From assembly GCA_963811105.1 (NCBI GenBank), contig CAWEPZ010000011.1:352001-416000 (forward strand): 64,000 bases of DNA, given 5' to 3'. The notes below the pieces were generated by a model. The model saw nothing but the letters and a program-made list of their open reading frames with translations. It searched no databases and was not told the origin of the DNA. Source of the stretch: Candidatus Bathyarchaeota archaeon. Its GTDB lineage: Archaea; Thermoproteota; Bathyarchaeia; Bathyarchaeales; Bathycorpusculaceae. The number at the start of each line of letters is the position of its first letter. The stretch's first letter is position 1. This document shows positions 10,143-20,182 of this stretch, piece by piece. The position numbers and the translations under genes are program-made.

Positions 10143-10994
10143 CTATTTTTTGAAACTTACCGCTGCATACCCCACAACACTCGAATGATCGCCTGTTATA
10201 TCTCCACTGTTATGGTAATTCAGCAATGATGCTTTTGCGCACAGGCCGTTTGCATAAGTGACTACAGCTGTTATAGGAGCGTAACCGCAAGCAGTGATAT
10301 TTTGGGTTTCAACGGTTTCGTAGAAGCGTTTTGCATCCATTTCTGTTACCGCCTGAAGCGCTGCGCGATCTTTTTCTGCTGCTTTCTTTGCCGGCTCATA
10401 GTGTGTCATGTCCGATGAAGCGATAACTACCGAGTTTGTACCATCTAAGACTTCTTCAAGTGCTCGACCAACCTCAACTGCGCTTTCGTAATCTTGCATT
10501 AGGAAACAAATTGGTACAATCTTAAACGAATCCCCATAAAGAAATTGCAAAAAGGGCAGTTGAACCTCCAGCGAATGCTCAAAGCGGTGCGCAAGCTCAT
10601 CTGCCTCAACAACGCTTGTTTCATGCAATATCTCATTTGCCATTTTCGAATCGATTTCGACTTGTCCAAGAGGTGTTCGCCAAACGCCCTCATTCATCAA
10701 GCTCAAAGCGCTACCGAAACCAGTATGGTTTGGACCTAAAAGCACAACTGTATCTGGTTTGCCATCAATAGCTAATTCGTAAAAAGCAGATGCTGCAATA
10801 GGACCTGAATAAATGTATCCAGCATGTGGACAAATCAAGCCAACTATGTTTCTGGGGTGACTACGCATGTTTACAGCGGGAAGTTTTTGCGGACCGATTT
10901 TGTGGAGAAAACAACTTCTAATTTGTGCTCTAAGCGCTTCGGCGTCGCCCTCGTAAAATTGAGAAGCAACAATTGGACGCCGAATCGTCGGCAA
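10143..10994 (-). CDS. MEMO1-family protein (AmmeMemoRadiSam protein B)
   Basis: PHAGYIYSG, GPNHTG, EHSLEVQLPFLQ, SSDMTHY, CG; start placed at the TTG of LPTIRRP. Confidence 0.93.
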   Translation of the reverse strand: MPTIRRPIVASQFYEGDAEALRAQIRSCFLHKIGPQKLPAVNMRSHPRNIVGLICPHAGYIYSGPIAASAFYELAIDGKPDTVVLLGPNHTGFGSALSLMNEGVWRTPLGQVEIDSKMANEILHETSVVEADELAHRFEHSLEVQLPFLQFLYGDSFKIVPICFLMQDYESAVEVGRALEEVLDGTNSVVIASSDMTHYEPAKKAAEKDRAALQAVTEMDAKRFYETVETQNITACGYAPITAVVTYANGLCAKASLLNYHNSGDITGDHSSVVGYAAVSFKK

Positions 10995-10998
10995 TGGG

Positions 10999-11757
10999 TT
11001 AGGGTTCCTCCTCCTCTTCCCGCGTAACTTTTGCTTCAAAGTCATCTATGGTTGCTGGGGGATCACGGTCTGGACCCAATTCGCCTCTTTCACGGAGTAC
11101 TTGTCTTGCAAGTAGCCAGAATATAACTGCTAAGGCTCGTCTGCCCTTGTTGTTTGTTGGAATAACTAAATCTACTCCTGCGAACTCGTTGTCGGTGCTG
11201 CATAGTGCGACGATGGGTATGCCGACTTTTGAGGCCTCTTTGACAGCTTGCGCATCTGCTCTTGGGTCGCTGACTAATATGATTTCTGGATCGATTCTGC
11301 CTGGATACTGAGGATTGCTTAGTTGTCCAGGAATGAAGCGTCCAATGAGTGGCGTTGCACCTGTCAGTTGGCAGAATTTTTTGATTGGTTCCTGAGCGTA
11401 AAGTCTTGTTGCTGCCACTGCTACTTTCGAGTGTTCGTAGCGCGATAGGAATTTTGCTGTAACTCTAATTCTGTCATCTGTTTTCTTAACGTCAAGTACG
11501 AATAACCCGTCTGGGCGGACCCGGTAGATGAAAGGTTCCATGTCTAAGGTTTTCATTCGGGTTCCTATGTGAATGCCTGCAGAGAGCAGAGTGTCTCTCG
11601 GTAAGAGGAGTTCTTCGGAAGGTTGGGTTTCCTGCGGCTTTTCTTGTGCTTCTGGCGCCCCAAGTTGTTCTTGGATTGCTTCCTCTTCCATCGGTTCCTC
11701 TTGGTTTTCCCCTTCCTTTTCTACGGATTGATTTTCTTTAGTTTCGTCTTCAGACAT
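10999..11757 (-). CDS. rps2: 30S ribosomal protein S2 with acidic N-terminal extension
   Basis: AGIHIGT, GRFIPG, DLVIPTNNKG motifs. Confidence 0.97.
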   Translation of the reverse strand: MSEDETKENQSVEKEGENQEEPMEEEAIQEQLGAPEAQEKPQETQPSEELLLPRDTLLSAGIHIGTRMKTLDMEPFIYRVRPDGLFVLDVKKTDDRIRVTAKFLSRYEHSKVAVAATRLYAQEPIKKFCQLTGATPLIGRFIPGQLSNPQYPGRIDPEIILVSDPRADAQAVKEASKVGIPIVALCSTDNEFAGVDLVIPTNNKGRRALAVIFWLLARQVLRERGELGPDRDPPATIDDFEAKVTREEEEEP

Positions 11758-11773
11758 TTTTTCACTTTCTCTG

Positions 11774-13042
11774 TTAGCGAATTTTTAATTCGGCCATTTT
11801 GGCTCTATTGCCAAGGAAATGCTCAATTCTTATAAGCTCGTTTAGTTTGGCTATGCGGGCGCCTTCAACTATGCCTGTTTTGATTAGAGGGCACTTATAG
11901 GCTACAGCCAAATGAGCTATGTGCCAATCGCAGGTGTCTCCTGACCGATGTGACACGACAGGATCGTACCCGTGTCTTTGTGCAGTTTCAATCGTTTGAG
12001 CTGCATCAGACAGGGTGCCTATCTGGTTGACTTTTATGATTATTGCGTTTCCAGCGTTAATCTTTATCCCATTATTTAACCTTTCAGTACTAGTTGTAAA
12101 CAAATCATCGCCGCAAATTAAGCAGTTTTTAGATTTACGAGTTAACTCTGCGAAGCTTTCATAATCCTCTTCATTGAAAGGGTCTTCCACGTAAGCAAGA
12201 TGATACTTCTCTATAAGTTCAAGCATGAATTCAAGCTGCTCAGCCGTATCACGTTTTTTACCTTCATTCTCATAAACGTATTTTTCATCTTTAGGTTTCC
12301 ACAACGAAGAAGCAGCTACATCAATGCCAAAACCGCATTCAAAATCTAACTCGTTCCCGACCTCTTCACAAGCTTTGGCAATAACCTCAAAGGCGTCAAC
12401 AGTGCTTATGTTAGCTATCCATGCACCTTCGTCACTTTTACCACCGTTAAATGTGCTGCTTTTCTTTTTTAAAGAATCACCGATTCTTTTGTGAATCTGA
12501 GTGTTAGCAGTTTGAGCTTCAAGAAAAGTTTCGGCACCATGCGGCAATGCCAAGTACTCTTGAATATCTGGGGATTTGCCTCTTGCATGTTGCCCGCCGC
12601 TTATGCAGTTGCCGAGTGGATAAGGCATCGTTGTTGCTGCGTTTCCGCCAAGAAACTGGAATAGAAGTAGGCTATGCGAGTTGGCGGCTGCTTCAGCGTT
12701 GGCTAAAGATATGGCAAAAGCAGTGTTTCCGCCTATATTTTTGAAGTCCGTTGAGCCATCGAGTTCGTGGAGTGTGTTGTCGATTTCTTCTTGGTAGTCA
12801 GCATTCAAACCTGCAAGCTCTGGAGCAATTAAGTCATCAACTTTTTTAATGGCTGCTTCAACTCCGCCTTGCGGGTAATAAACCACCTCAGCTTTTCCGC
12901 GGCTTTTTCCAGCGGGAGCAGCCGCTCTTCCGAATCCACTACTAGTGACTACGTCGACCTCTATAGTTTCTTCTCCACGGTTATTGAAAATTTTCCTAGC
13001 GATGAGGTCTTCGATGATGGATGACACGGGTTTAAACCTCAA
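11774..13042 (-). CDS. eno: Enolase
   Basis: GGQHA, DEGA, DVAAS, EDPF, GDDL, IKVNQIG, SHRSG, IKTG; upstream of rps2. Confidence 0.93.
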   Translation of the reverse strand: MRFKPVSSIIEDLIARKIFNNRGEETIEVDVVTSSGFGRAAAPAGKSRGKAEVVYYPQGGVEAAIKKVDDLIAPELAGLNADYQEEIDNTLHELDGSTDFKNIGGNTAFAISLANAEAAANSHSLLLFQFLGGNAATTMPYPLGNCISGGQHARGKSPDIQEYLALPHGAETFLEAQTANTQIHKRIGDSLKKKSSTFNGGKSDEGAWIANISTVDAFEVIAKACEEVGNELDFECGFGIDVAASSLWKPKDEKYVYENEGKKRDTAEQLEFMLELIEKYHLAYVEDPFNEEDYESFAELTRKSKNCLICGDDLFTTSTERLNNGIKINAGNAIIIKVNQIGTLSDAAQTIETAQRHGYDPVVSHRSGDTCDWHIAHLAVAYKCPLIKTGIVEGARIAKLNELIRIEHFLGNRAKMAELKIR

Positions 13043-13219
13043 ATGGCTATAATTTTGTTGCCAGCTTATTTTAGGTTTCGGAAAAGCTATTGTATGTGCA
13101 AAAAAGCAACCGCTTGTCGGCTAATCGCCAAGACTGTATTTATTTATTGCCTTTTTTGGGCTGTTTTAGAAGCTATCTTTAGTTTTAGGCAGATCAAGCA
13201 TAGCAAAGCCATCTGAAAG

Positions 13220-13987
13220 CTAAAAATCCCTTAGAAGTTCCTCAAAAAGAGCCTTGCTTGCTGCAATTTCCTCCATTGATGTACCATGCGCCAACTCTAA
13301 TGTAATTGGGCCAGCATAACCATAGTCGTGTAGTTGTGCAATGAACGTTAATAGTTCGGGTTTGGGTTGTGTGAAGGATTTGTGTGCTTTATTTGCCATG
13401 TGAACGTTGCACACTCGTTTGCCATATTTGTCTATAAGGTTATCTGTTTGCTTAGTTTCTAGAGCGTGGCAAAAATCAATTGTTATCCCAATTCCGCCAT
13501 CATCTATAACATCTAGAACTTCTTCAAGCTGTTCCACATTTTTGCCAAATCCAGTCGAAGTATACGACAAATTTTCCAAAGCCAACTTGATACCCAGATG
13601 CTTTGCAAACGGTTTAATTTCTGCGTTAAAAATTTCGTCCAAACATTTATTTCTTAAATTCTTAGGCATCTTCTTAGAGACATTCGAATGCACAATCATA
13701 AGCGGCGCACCAAGAGCACGAGCATATTCAAGCGAAATTTTGCTGTAATAAACAGCCCTATGTACCTCAACAGGATCCTTTACATGTAAACTCGCTGAAT
13801 GAAGGGTCAAGCAATTCAATCCACTAACAGCAATTGCTTTTTGCTCCCGATAAACATCTATATCATGCTCTTTCTTTACCGCCTTCATGTTAAATTCAAC
13901 GTTAAAAAAACCAAGCTGCCTAACCGAGTCAAAATTTTCCTTTATGCCCATTTTACTGAAAATTCCATTGGACAAACTTAACCGCAT
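13220..13987 (-). CDS. Sugar phosphate isomerase/epimerase (AP-endonuclease-2 TIM barrel) family
   Basis: LALENL, IDFCH, VH, ITLE metal-site pattern. Confidence 0.8.
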   Translation of the reverse strand: MRLSLSNGIFSKMGIKENFDSVRQLGFFNVEFNMKAVKKEHDIDVYREQKAIAVSGLNCLTLHSASLHVKDPVEVHRAVYYSKISLEYARALGAPLMIVHSNVSKKMPKNLRNKCLDEIFNAEIKPFAKHLGIKLALENLSYTSTGFGKNVEQLEEVLDVIDDGGIGITIDFCHALETKQTDNLIDKYGKRVCNVHMANKAHKSFTQPKPELLTFIAQLHDYGYAGPITLELAHGTSMEEIAASKALFEELLRDF

Positions 13988-14115
13988 CTGTCTTGGCCTT
14001 CCTTCAATTATTTACCGTCCAGATATTTATTGGGTTTCCCAAAGTTTTTTGAAGATTATGAAATTTGGGTTGAATTCCGAAAAATATCTATATGACATGA
14101 GAAAGACAACCGTTA

Positions 14116-14295
14116 GTTCAGGTTGAGGAGAAGCTCTGGATGAAATTTCACGATTCGTCTTGTAGCTTCGTGTCAAACGTGTTTTCTATTCTCATTAAAC
14201 TTCCTTGATTCTCCCGCAACCTTAACAGTTCTAATTTCATCGACCCTGCATCAGATAAGTGGTTATTCACCAAATTAGATTTTAATTTTTTTCTT
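14116..14295 (+). ncRNA. Candidate stand-alone structured transcript (may encode 22-aa peptide 14140-14208)
   Basis: TATA-like at 14085-14093, stem 14116-14132/14209-14226, second stem TCTAATTT/AAATTAGA followed by a T-run. Confidence 0.3.
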
Positions 14296-14507
14296 GCTCA
14301 CGAATTTTATTCACGGGACGTCATTAATTGGGCTGCCAGCTTCATCCATCGGAGGTTTAAACTAATGCTTCTAGAATTTCCTTTTTGGAAGACATAAAGA
14401 ATATGTAGTCACAGTTCTGGATAATGCCTTTATATCCTCCAATTGTTTGCAGTTCTAATGCATAAGGTTAACTTCTACAATCCATAAATAATGAGCCGAG
14501 TGAGAAA

Positions 14508-14801
14508 GTGCAGGTAAAAGTTCGCTTCTTTACTAACCTAAGGGAAATCGTAGATAAAAGAGAAGAAATCCTAAGTTTCGCCAGCGAAGAGAAAGTTACT
14601 GTTGATTTGGTTCTAAAAACGCTCGCGAAAAAATATGGCACTCCATTTAAAGAATATGTTTACACCGGCAACACAGAACTGCCCAAAAGCTTCCTCCAAT
14701 TTCTCATTAACGGAAAAAGCACCTCAGCATTAAACGGGCTACAAACGGAGCTTAAAGACGGCGACGTATTAGCTATTTTGCCGCCAGTAGGTGGCGGTTA
14801 G
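14508..14801 (+). CDS. MoaD/SAMP ubiquitin-like protein
   Basis: Beta-grasp size, ends LKDGDVLAILPPVGGG. Confidence 0.92.
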   Translation: MQVKVRFFTNLREIVDKREEILSFASEEKVTVDLVLKTLAKKYGTPFKEYVYTGNTELPKSFLQFLINGKSTSALNGLQTELKDGDVLAILPPVGGG

Positions 14802-14846
14802 TTTTAGGAATTATTTGCCTCAAGGGGAAATGCAAAGGCTAAAGAT

Positions 14847-16634
14847 CTAGGCAGTTCCTGCCCAAAAAGGAATCTTTTTGCGCATAATCGCAACGAACTC
14901 TTTTAATACGTCTTGCTCTTCACCCGTCAAATCATCCAAATGCGCTGTTAACAATGCTTGAGCATCTTTTTCAGGCACCTTCACATATAAAACGTCCCTT
15001 TCAAACACGTGCCTGCCTGCAATTGGCTTATCCATTGAAATTGCTACCTCCATACCAACCTTAGCCTCGGGCACAGCTTTTCCTTTATCTTGTATTTGAT
15101 CAATTTCGCCAAGGTCGCTGCCATCTTCAGCTCGCATAAGTCCGTATTTTGGCTTTAGTCTCCCCGCCAGCACTTCCACGCCAACAACTAATGGTTTTGC
15201 TCTGTGGAAAATGCAGTTGGGCAAAACCGTTAGTTTTCCAGGTTTAACCAAAGCCTCAAACTCTGCTTCGCTTTTTGTTTCTCGCTTGTTCTTAGCCCAC
15301 TGGATGTATGCGTCAATTAAATTATAAATTATAGGCTGATTGAAAATGGGGATGCCGTTGGCCGCTGCTTCGGCTTCAGCGTCAGGTAGTGTTTTGACGC
15401 CAAATGCTAAAATTGCTCCAACCAACGGCTCACGCGTTTTAACGACAGACGCCTCAATCACATCACGCTTACTAATGTCACCGACATCGGCAATGCGCAC
15501 TTGTACATTGTTAGTTTTCAAAATCTCAGCCATTGCTTCAAGCGAACCCAAAGTGTCAGCCTTCACTATGACACCTTCAATCTCCTTTGTAATTCTGATT
15601 CTACCAATCTCTTCAGTGATAAGCTTACAGTATGTTGAAGGATCCTCACCTGTGGGTACACCAAACAGAGGTGCACCGGCCAAGGCACCCTCCAAACCAG
15701 TTGCAACAACTTTAATTCCTGCACTGGCAAAAACGCAATCGACTGAAGTAAATTTGTCCCGCGGGTCCCTCATCTCATCCAATGGCTTTGGAACTAGAAT
15801 CGCCCGTACACGAGCTGAAATTGGTCCATCTCGCCCTCCGACGACAATTAAATCATCCTTATGCAACGTACCATCATAAATAATCGCATTCAGCGTTAAA
15901 CCTAAACCAGGTTCATCTTTAACCTCCAATACTGAACCTTTAGCGGCACCGTCTGTCGTCTGCAGACGTTTTGTAAGAAACTGCTGAGTTAAACCTACTA
16001 AAACCATGACAAGCTCCGACAATCCCTCGCCAGTTTTGGCACTAGTCGGTACCAAAGCCACATTAACTGTGAAATCTCGGATGTGGTCAAAACGGTCAGT
16101 TTTGAAACCTGAAAGTGAAAACTGCCCCATAATTGAATACAGACGATTATCGAAGTCTTCCCGCACGAAACTTGATTGGGAAGTATAAGATTGTAAAAAC
16201 GGCGTTCCCTGTTGGGCCTTCCAACCTGGAACCCTGTCAATCTTGTTAACCGCAACTAAAAAAGGAGTTTTCCGTGCTTTTAGAATCTCTATGCATTCGT
16301 AAGTTTGAGCTTCAAAACCTTTCAAAAGATCTACAACAAGAATCGCAATGTCCGCAACGCTTCCGCCTCTGCGTCTAAGATTTGTAAAGGCTTCATGCCC
16401 AGGTGTGTCTACAACTAGCAATCCAGGGATTTCTATGCCTGTTTTAAAACTGGATAAGTAAGGTCCGATGAGTTGCTTGAGCGTTTCCACAGGGAAAAAG
16501 CTTGCCCCAATATGCTGAGTCATTCCTCCTGCTTCACGTGCTTGTACGCTAGTTTTTCTTAATTCGTCAAGAAGTGAGGTTTTTCCTGCATCTACGTGTC
16601 CTAATACGCATACTATTGGTTGGCGAGTGGGCAA
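14847..16634 (-). CDS. infB: Translation initiation factor aIF5B (IF-2)
   Basis: GHVDAGKT, TQHIGA, DTPGHEAF, NKID; no intein. Confidence 0.97.
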   Translation of the reverse strand: MPTRQPIVCVLGHVDAGKTSLLDELRKTSVQAREAGGMTQHIGASFFPVETLKQLIGPYLSSFKTGIEIPGLLVVDTPGHEAFTNLRRRGGSVADIAILVVDLLKGFEAQTYECIEILKARKTPFLVAVNKIDRVPGWKAQQGTPFLQSYTSQSSFVREDFDNRLYSIMGQFSLSGFKTDRFDHIRDFTVNVALVPTSAKTGEGLSELVMVLVGLTQQFLTKRLQTTDGAAKGSVLEVKDEPGLGLTLNAIIYDGTLHKDDLIVVGGRDGPISARVRAILVPKPLDEMRDPRDKFTSVDCVFASAGIKVVATGLEGALAGAPLFGVPTGEDPSTYCKLITEEIGRIRITKEIEGVIVKADTLGSLEAMAEILKTNNVQVRIADVGDISKRDVIEASVVKTREPLVGAILAFGVKTLPDAEAEAAANGIPIFNQPIIYNLIDAYIQWAKNKRETKSEAEFEALVKPGKLTVLPNCIFHRAKPLVVGVEVLAGRLKPKYGLMRAEDGSDLGEIDQIQDKGKAVPEAKVGMEVAISMDKPIAGRHVFERDVLYVKVPEKDAQALLTAHLDDLTGEEQDVLKEFVAIMRKKIPFWAGTA

Positions 16635-16783
16635 ATGTGATTCTCTCGATAAGTTCTCTATGTGTCTAATAGCTTTTTACTTTATAAATGCACGTGGAAG
16701 GTTTTCCAAACTTTGCCTTATCAGGAAGCCAAACAAAGAGTTGACATTGAATTGCAGAAAACTTGAAAGAAAAGAGGTAAAGC

Positions 16784-16984
16784 CTATTCAGGCGCCCTGA
16801 CAAGAAGCAAGAACAAGCCAATGATAATCAATATTACGCTTACAATACCGAAGAATAAACTAAATCCGCCAAGCCCGCTACTTGTTGCTGTGAAATAAAG
16901 CATTACTGCACCAATGACAATCAGTACTAAGCCGACGAATTTTTCGGCAAGCGATACCCAGAATGTGTCGCCTTCTTCACTCAT
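16784..16984 (-). CDS. Small two-TM membrane protein
   Basis: 66 aa, two hydrophobic helices, clean ATG. Confidence 0.7.
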   Translation of the reverse strand: MSEEGDTFWVSLAEKFVGLVLIVIGAVMLYFTATSSGLGGFSLFFGIVSVILIIIGLFLLLVRAPE

Positions 16985-17166
16985 TGATTTCGCCCTGTCT
17001 CTCCGTTCTTTTTGCTACCAATAAACATAACGACTTATTTTAAATTATTTGTTCTCTAAGTATTTCTTCGGCTATTTTAGTTAAAGAAGACAGGTTGTGG
17101 GTACCTAAATGAAATTTGTAATATTAACAGGCAACTGCTGCAGTTACTTCTCCAATGATGAAGGTT

Positions 17167-18252
17167 TTAGCTCTTCAGTTTCGTAGGCAAATATTCGTCT
17201 ACAATGTAGGTTAACCCATACCGGGAAAAAGCCTCTTGTTCAGCCTTTCTTTTTATCTTCAAAAACAGTTTTATTTCTTTTTGCCAGATGGGGTCGTTCT
17301 GGTAGCGAGGGTCTTTCTGCAATTCGTATAAGCGCTTTATATCCACTTCGTCTAATGGGTCAGTTGGCAATTTATACTCTATTATGTCGCTTGCCCAGAC
17401 TCCACTCCAGACCGCATCAGGTGTATTGAGGTCTCGCAGGTGTGCTGCGTTTGCTGAGCCGGAAATTATGACTTGCGCAATGTGCATTCCCCACGGATCA
17501 CCATCAGTTAAAATGTAAACTGGTAGATTTAGTTCGTCATGGAGGCGGCGGATGAAACTACGGGTTTGTCTCGGTGCTTGCCCACCGCACGAAATCAGAA
17601 GCGACTTGTGTTTGTTATGAACGTTCTCTTCAATAAATCTGGTAAACAAGGCGCCTTTCTCGATGGCGATGACTTTGTTTGCGTTTGTTGTAATGAATTC
17701 GGCTGAAGTCAACGCTGGACCAATCAATACACCGTCGGGGTGGCTGGTCAGATTCAGTGTTTTGCCTTCGTAACCAGGAACGGTGTAGCCGATAGTTAAG
17801 TCGCCAAAGATTGCGCTTCGTTCTTCTGGAAAAATGTGGAAGTCTTCTCGCGCAAAGCCTGTCAGTGTTTCCAAGTCAGTGATTATGTTGTTAGATTCCT
17901 GCTGGTCTGTAAAAGTCATCTCGTAAGCTTGTGCCGAATAGTAGACATCTCTTAATGTGCTGGTTTTGCGCTGGCTTGTAAGTTCGTTACTGAACATGGC
18001 TGCCCAAGCCAGTTGTGTGAACGGTTTGATGTGACGGATGTTTCGGGCGCTTCGACTGACGTTTTTTTCCCCTAAAATATACTGGCGAAGAGTTGGATCG
18101 TAGTTGATGTTGTCTGTGCTGCGACTTGGCATGTTAATGGTTGGGAAAAGACCCTGGTCTAATTGATTATAAATTTGAGTGCCAAAAGAATGAAGCCCTT
18201 TTATGACTTCATTTTGTTTCTCTAATATCTTAGCTTTCTTCTTCTCCGCCAT
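17167..18252 (-). CDS. top6A: DNA topoisomerase VI subunit A
   Basis: STLRDVYY catalytic Tyr, IEK, TDGDPWG toprim; start placed at MAEKKK. Confidence 0.96.
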   Translation of the reverse strand: MAEKKKAKILEKQNEVIKGLHSFGTQIYNQLDQGLFPTINMPSRSTDNINYDPTLRQYILGEKNVSRSARNIRHIKPFTQLAWAAMFSNELTSQRKTSTLRDVYYSAQAYEMTFTDQQESNNIITDLETLTGFAREDFHIFPEERSAIFGDLTIGYTVPGYEGKTLNLTSHPDGVLIGPALTSAEFITTNANKVIAIEKGALFTRFIEENVHNKHKSLLISCGGQAPRQTRSFIRRLHDELNLPVYILTDGDPWGMHIAQVIISGSANAAHLRDLNTPDAVWSGVWASDIIEYKLPTDPLDEVDIKRLYELQKDPRYQNDPIWQKEIKLFLKIKRKAEQEAFSRYGLTYIVDEYLPTKLKS

Positions 18253-19858
18253 ATTTCTGCACACTCTTCAATAATTTATCTATGTCTGGGATACGCTTCT
18301 CACCTGCCAGTGTGGCTGAGAATTGGGCGATTCTTGGAAGGTATTTGCTGAAAATTCCTAGCCTCTTCTTCTCCATATGAACATGTTCTTGTCGTGAAAG
18401 GAAATGCTGAAGCTGACGTGAAACCTCGCGGAGGGCATTTGCTTCTTCTCGGCGCACTTCGGGGCGGTCAGCAATGAATTCTTTTCCTACAGTTTTGTAG
18501 GGCACTTTCGTGCTACATATGTGAACAACGATTGCGATTGGCATATCAGGCGCCACCTTGTAACGTCTCCAGTTCATAGCTGAAATAACTCGGTACGAAA
18601 CATCGCTTGCCTCATCATAAAGCAGCGGAATTTTGTTGGCGAAACGATAAATTACAAAGCTGCCGCGTTTGGGAACGCCGCCTCCGTAGGCGATTGCCAT
18701 TTCAACAATGAATGGATGCCCTGCGTAAGTTGCAGGTTTACGTTGATGAACGACAAGATACTCGGGATTCAACTCTTTCATGACACCAGCTTTTAGAAGG
18801 TCTTCCCCTAAAGGTGAAAGACAGCTGGCGTCTGGCGGCAGGAAGTCCTTGTATTTCTTGAGGTTTTGCATTAACCGCACAATTTCTTCATGAGACAATC
18901 GTTTCGGATTCTTGGAAGTGTAGTCTGCTTGTTTGCCACATTTAGGGCAGCAAGGGCGACTATCAATCCATTTTATCTGTTCAATTTCGATTTTGCCATG
19001 CTCTTTGCAGGAAAAAGAAATCAAGTTACTAAAAACCAAAAATCTCAGGGCCGTAATTTCGCCCACACGATGAAAATGCCCTTTCAAGAAATCTGACATG
19101 TTATTGTAAGGCGTAATTTGGATAAGACGTTGTAGAAGTTCCACATCAACGCCGTACGGATGTGGCAATATCTCTGTCGGCGGCTCAGGCATCTCCGTAG
19201 TGGCGCGAGTAAACTTGTAGAGCCTCCCTTTGGGGTCAACAAACGTTAGATTCGCATATGGATTAACCATAGCGGTCTGCTTGAAATAATCAAGAATTTT
19301 TGGCATCGCCCTAAGATAGTCGCCTTCAAGAGAAAACTCAACGATAGTTCCACGCCAGTTGTCCTTGTTAATTTGTACTTTGCGGTCAAGAATTATTGGT
19401 CGATTTCTTTGGATGTCAATCATTAGTTTGAAACTATAAATTTTGGCTTGCCCTGTGGAGGAAGTCACGTAGGCTGGTTGATGAGTAGTTACTTGCCCAT
19501 AGAGAACGGCCATTTTTCCGCCTAAACCAAATGTGCCTCTTGTTTGTTTGAGTTTATATTTGCTGCCATAAAGGACTTGACCAAAAGCTGAGGGGATAAA
19601 TCTGGGTTGAATTCCGCTACCGTTGTCTTCGACTCGGAGTTTGTAGATTTGGGTTTCTTTTGTGGCTTCTCCTTCGTAGGATAGGCGAACGTAAATGTCA
19701 GGGGGAATCCCTTGGCTCTCCGCCGCGTCAAGGGAGTTTTCAACGATTTCTCGTATGGCAACGAATATGGCACGTGAAGGGTTCGTTAAGCCTGCAATGT
19801 CTCTGTTGCGATAGAAAAAGTCTGATGCACTGATTTCTTCAAAGGTTGCTTGAGCCAC
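18230..19858 (-). CDS. top6B: DNA topoisomerase VI subunit B with a Zn-ribbon-like insertion
   Basis: EIVENSLDA, VEDNGSG, QTRGTFGLG, RFANKIPL, KVPYKTVGKE. Confidence 0.96.
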   Translation of the reverse strand: MAQATFEEISASDFFYRNRDIAGLTNPSRAIFVAIREIVENSLDAAESQGIPPDIYVRLSYEGEATKETQIYKLRVEDNGSGIQPRFIPSAFGQVLYGSKYKLKQTRGTFGLGGKMAVLYGQVTTHQPAYVTSSTGQAKIYSFKLMIDIQRNRPIILDRKVQINKDNWRGTIVEFSLEGDYLRAMPKILDYFKQTAMVNPYANLTFVDPKGRLYKFTRATTEMPEPPTEILPHPYGVDVELLQRLIQITPYNNMSDFLKGHFHRVGEITALRFLVFSNLISFSCKEHGKIEIEQIKWIDSRPCCPKCGKQADYTSKNPKRLSHEEIVRLMQNLKKYKDFLPPDASCLSPLGEDLLKAGVMKELNPEYLVVHQRKPATYAGHPFIVEMAIAYGGGVPKRGSFVIYRFANKIPLLYDEASDVSYRVISAMNWRRYKVAPDMPIAIVVHICSTKVPYKTVGKEFIADRPEVRREEANALREVSRQLQHFLSRQEHVHMEKKRLGIFSKYLPRIAQFSATLAGEKRIPDIDKLLKSVQKYGGEEES

Positions 19859-20182
19859 TTACCGCTTACACCACTTTCCCCGTTTGTAACTTTCAGAGTT
19901 CTTAGTATATTTGGTGCTTGTTCTTTAAGTTAACTGAGGTCTACCCAGAAAACTTTTGATTCAGCATAGGCTGAAGTTTGTTAAATGGTTGTTTTTGCAT
20001 TAAAAATGTTAAATAGTCAGTTTATTTAGCTATTCGTTATTGTAAATGCTCATCGGCTTTTTCAAAGGTAAACCAATAGATACAATGCTCTGCAAGATGA
20101 TAGACGAGTTTTGAAAGGGTTTCCTAATTAAGCTACCATATAGGTGTTAACATTTCTTGCCTTACCGCAAGTTGCTTTGATT

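Noticed and set aside
11774-13042. Degenerate enolase (PAGKSRG and SHRSGDT variants)
   Set aside because: Catalytic Lys/Glu/His and metal-binding acids are all present and the gene context is standard
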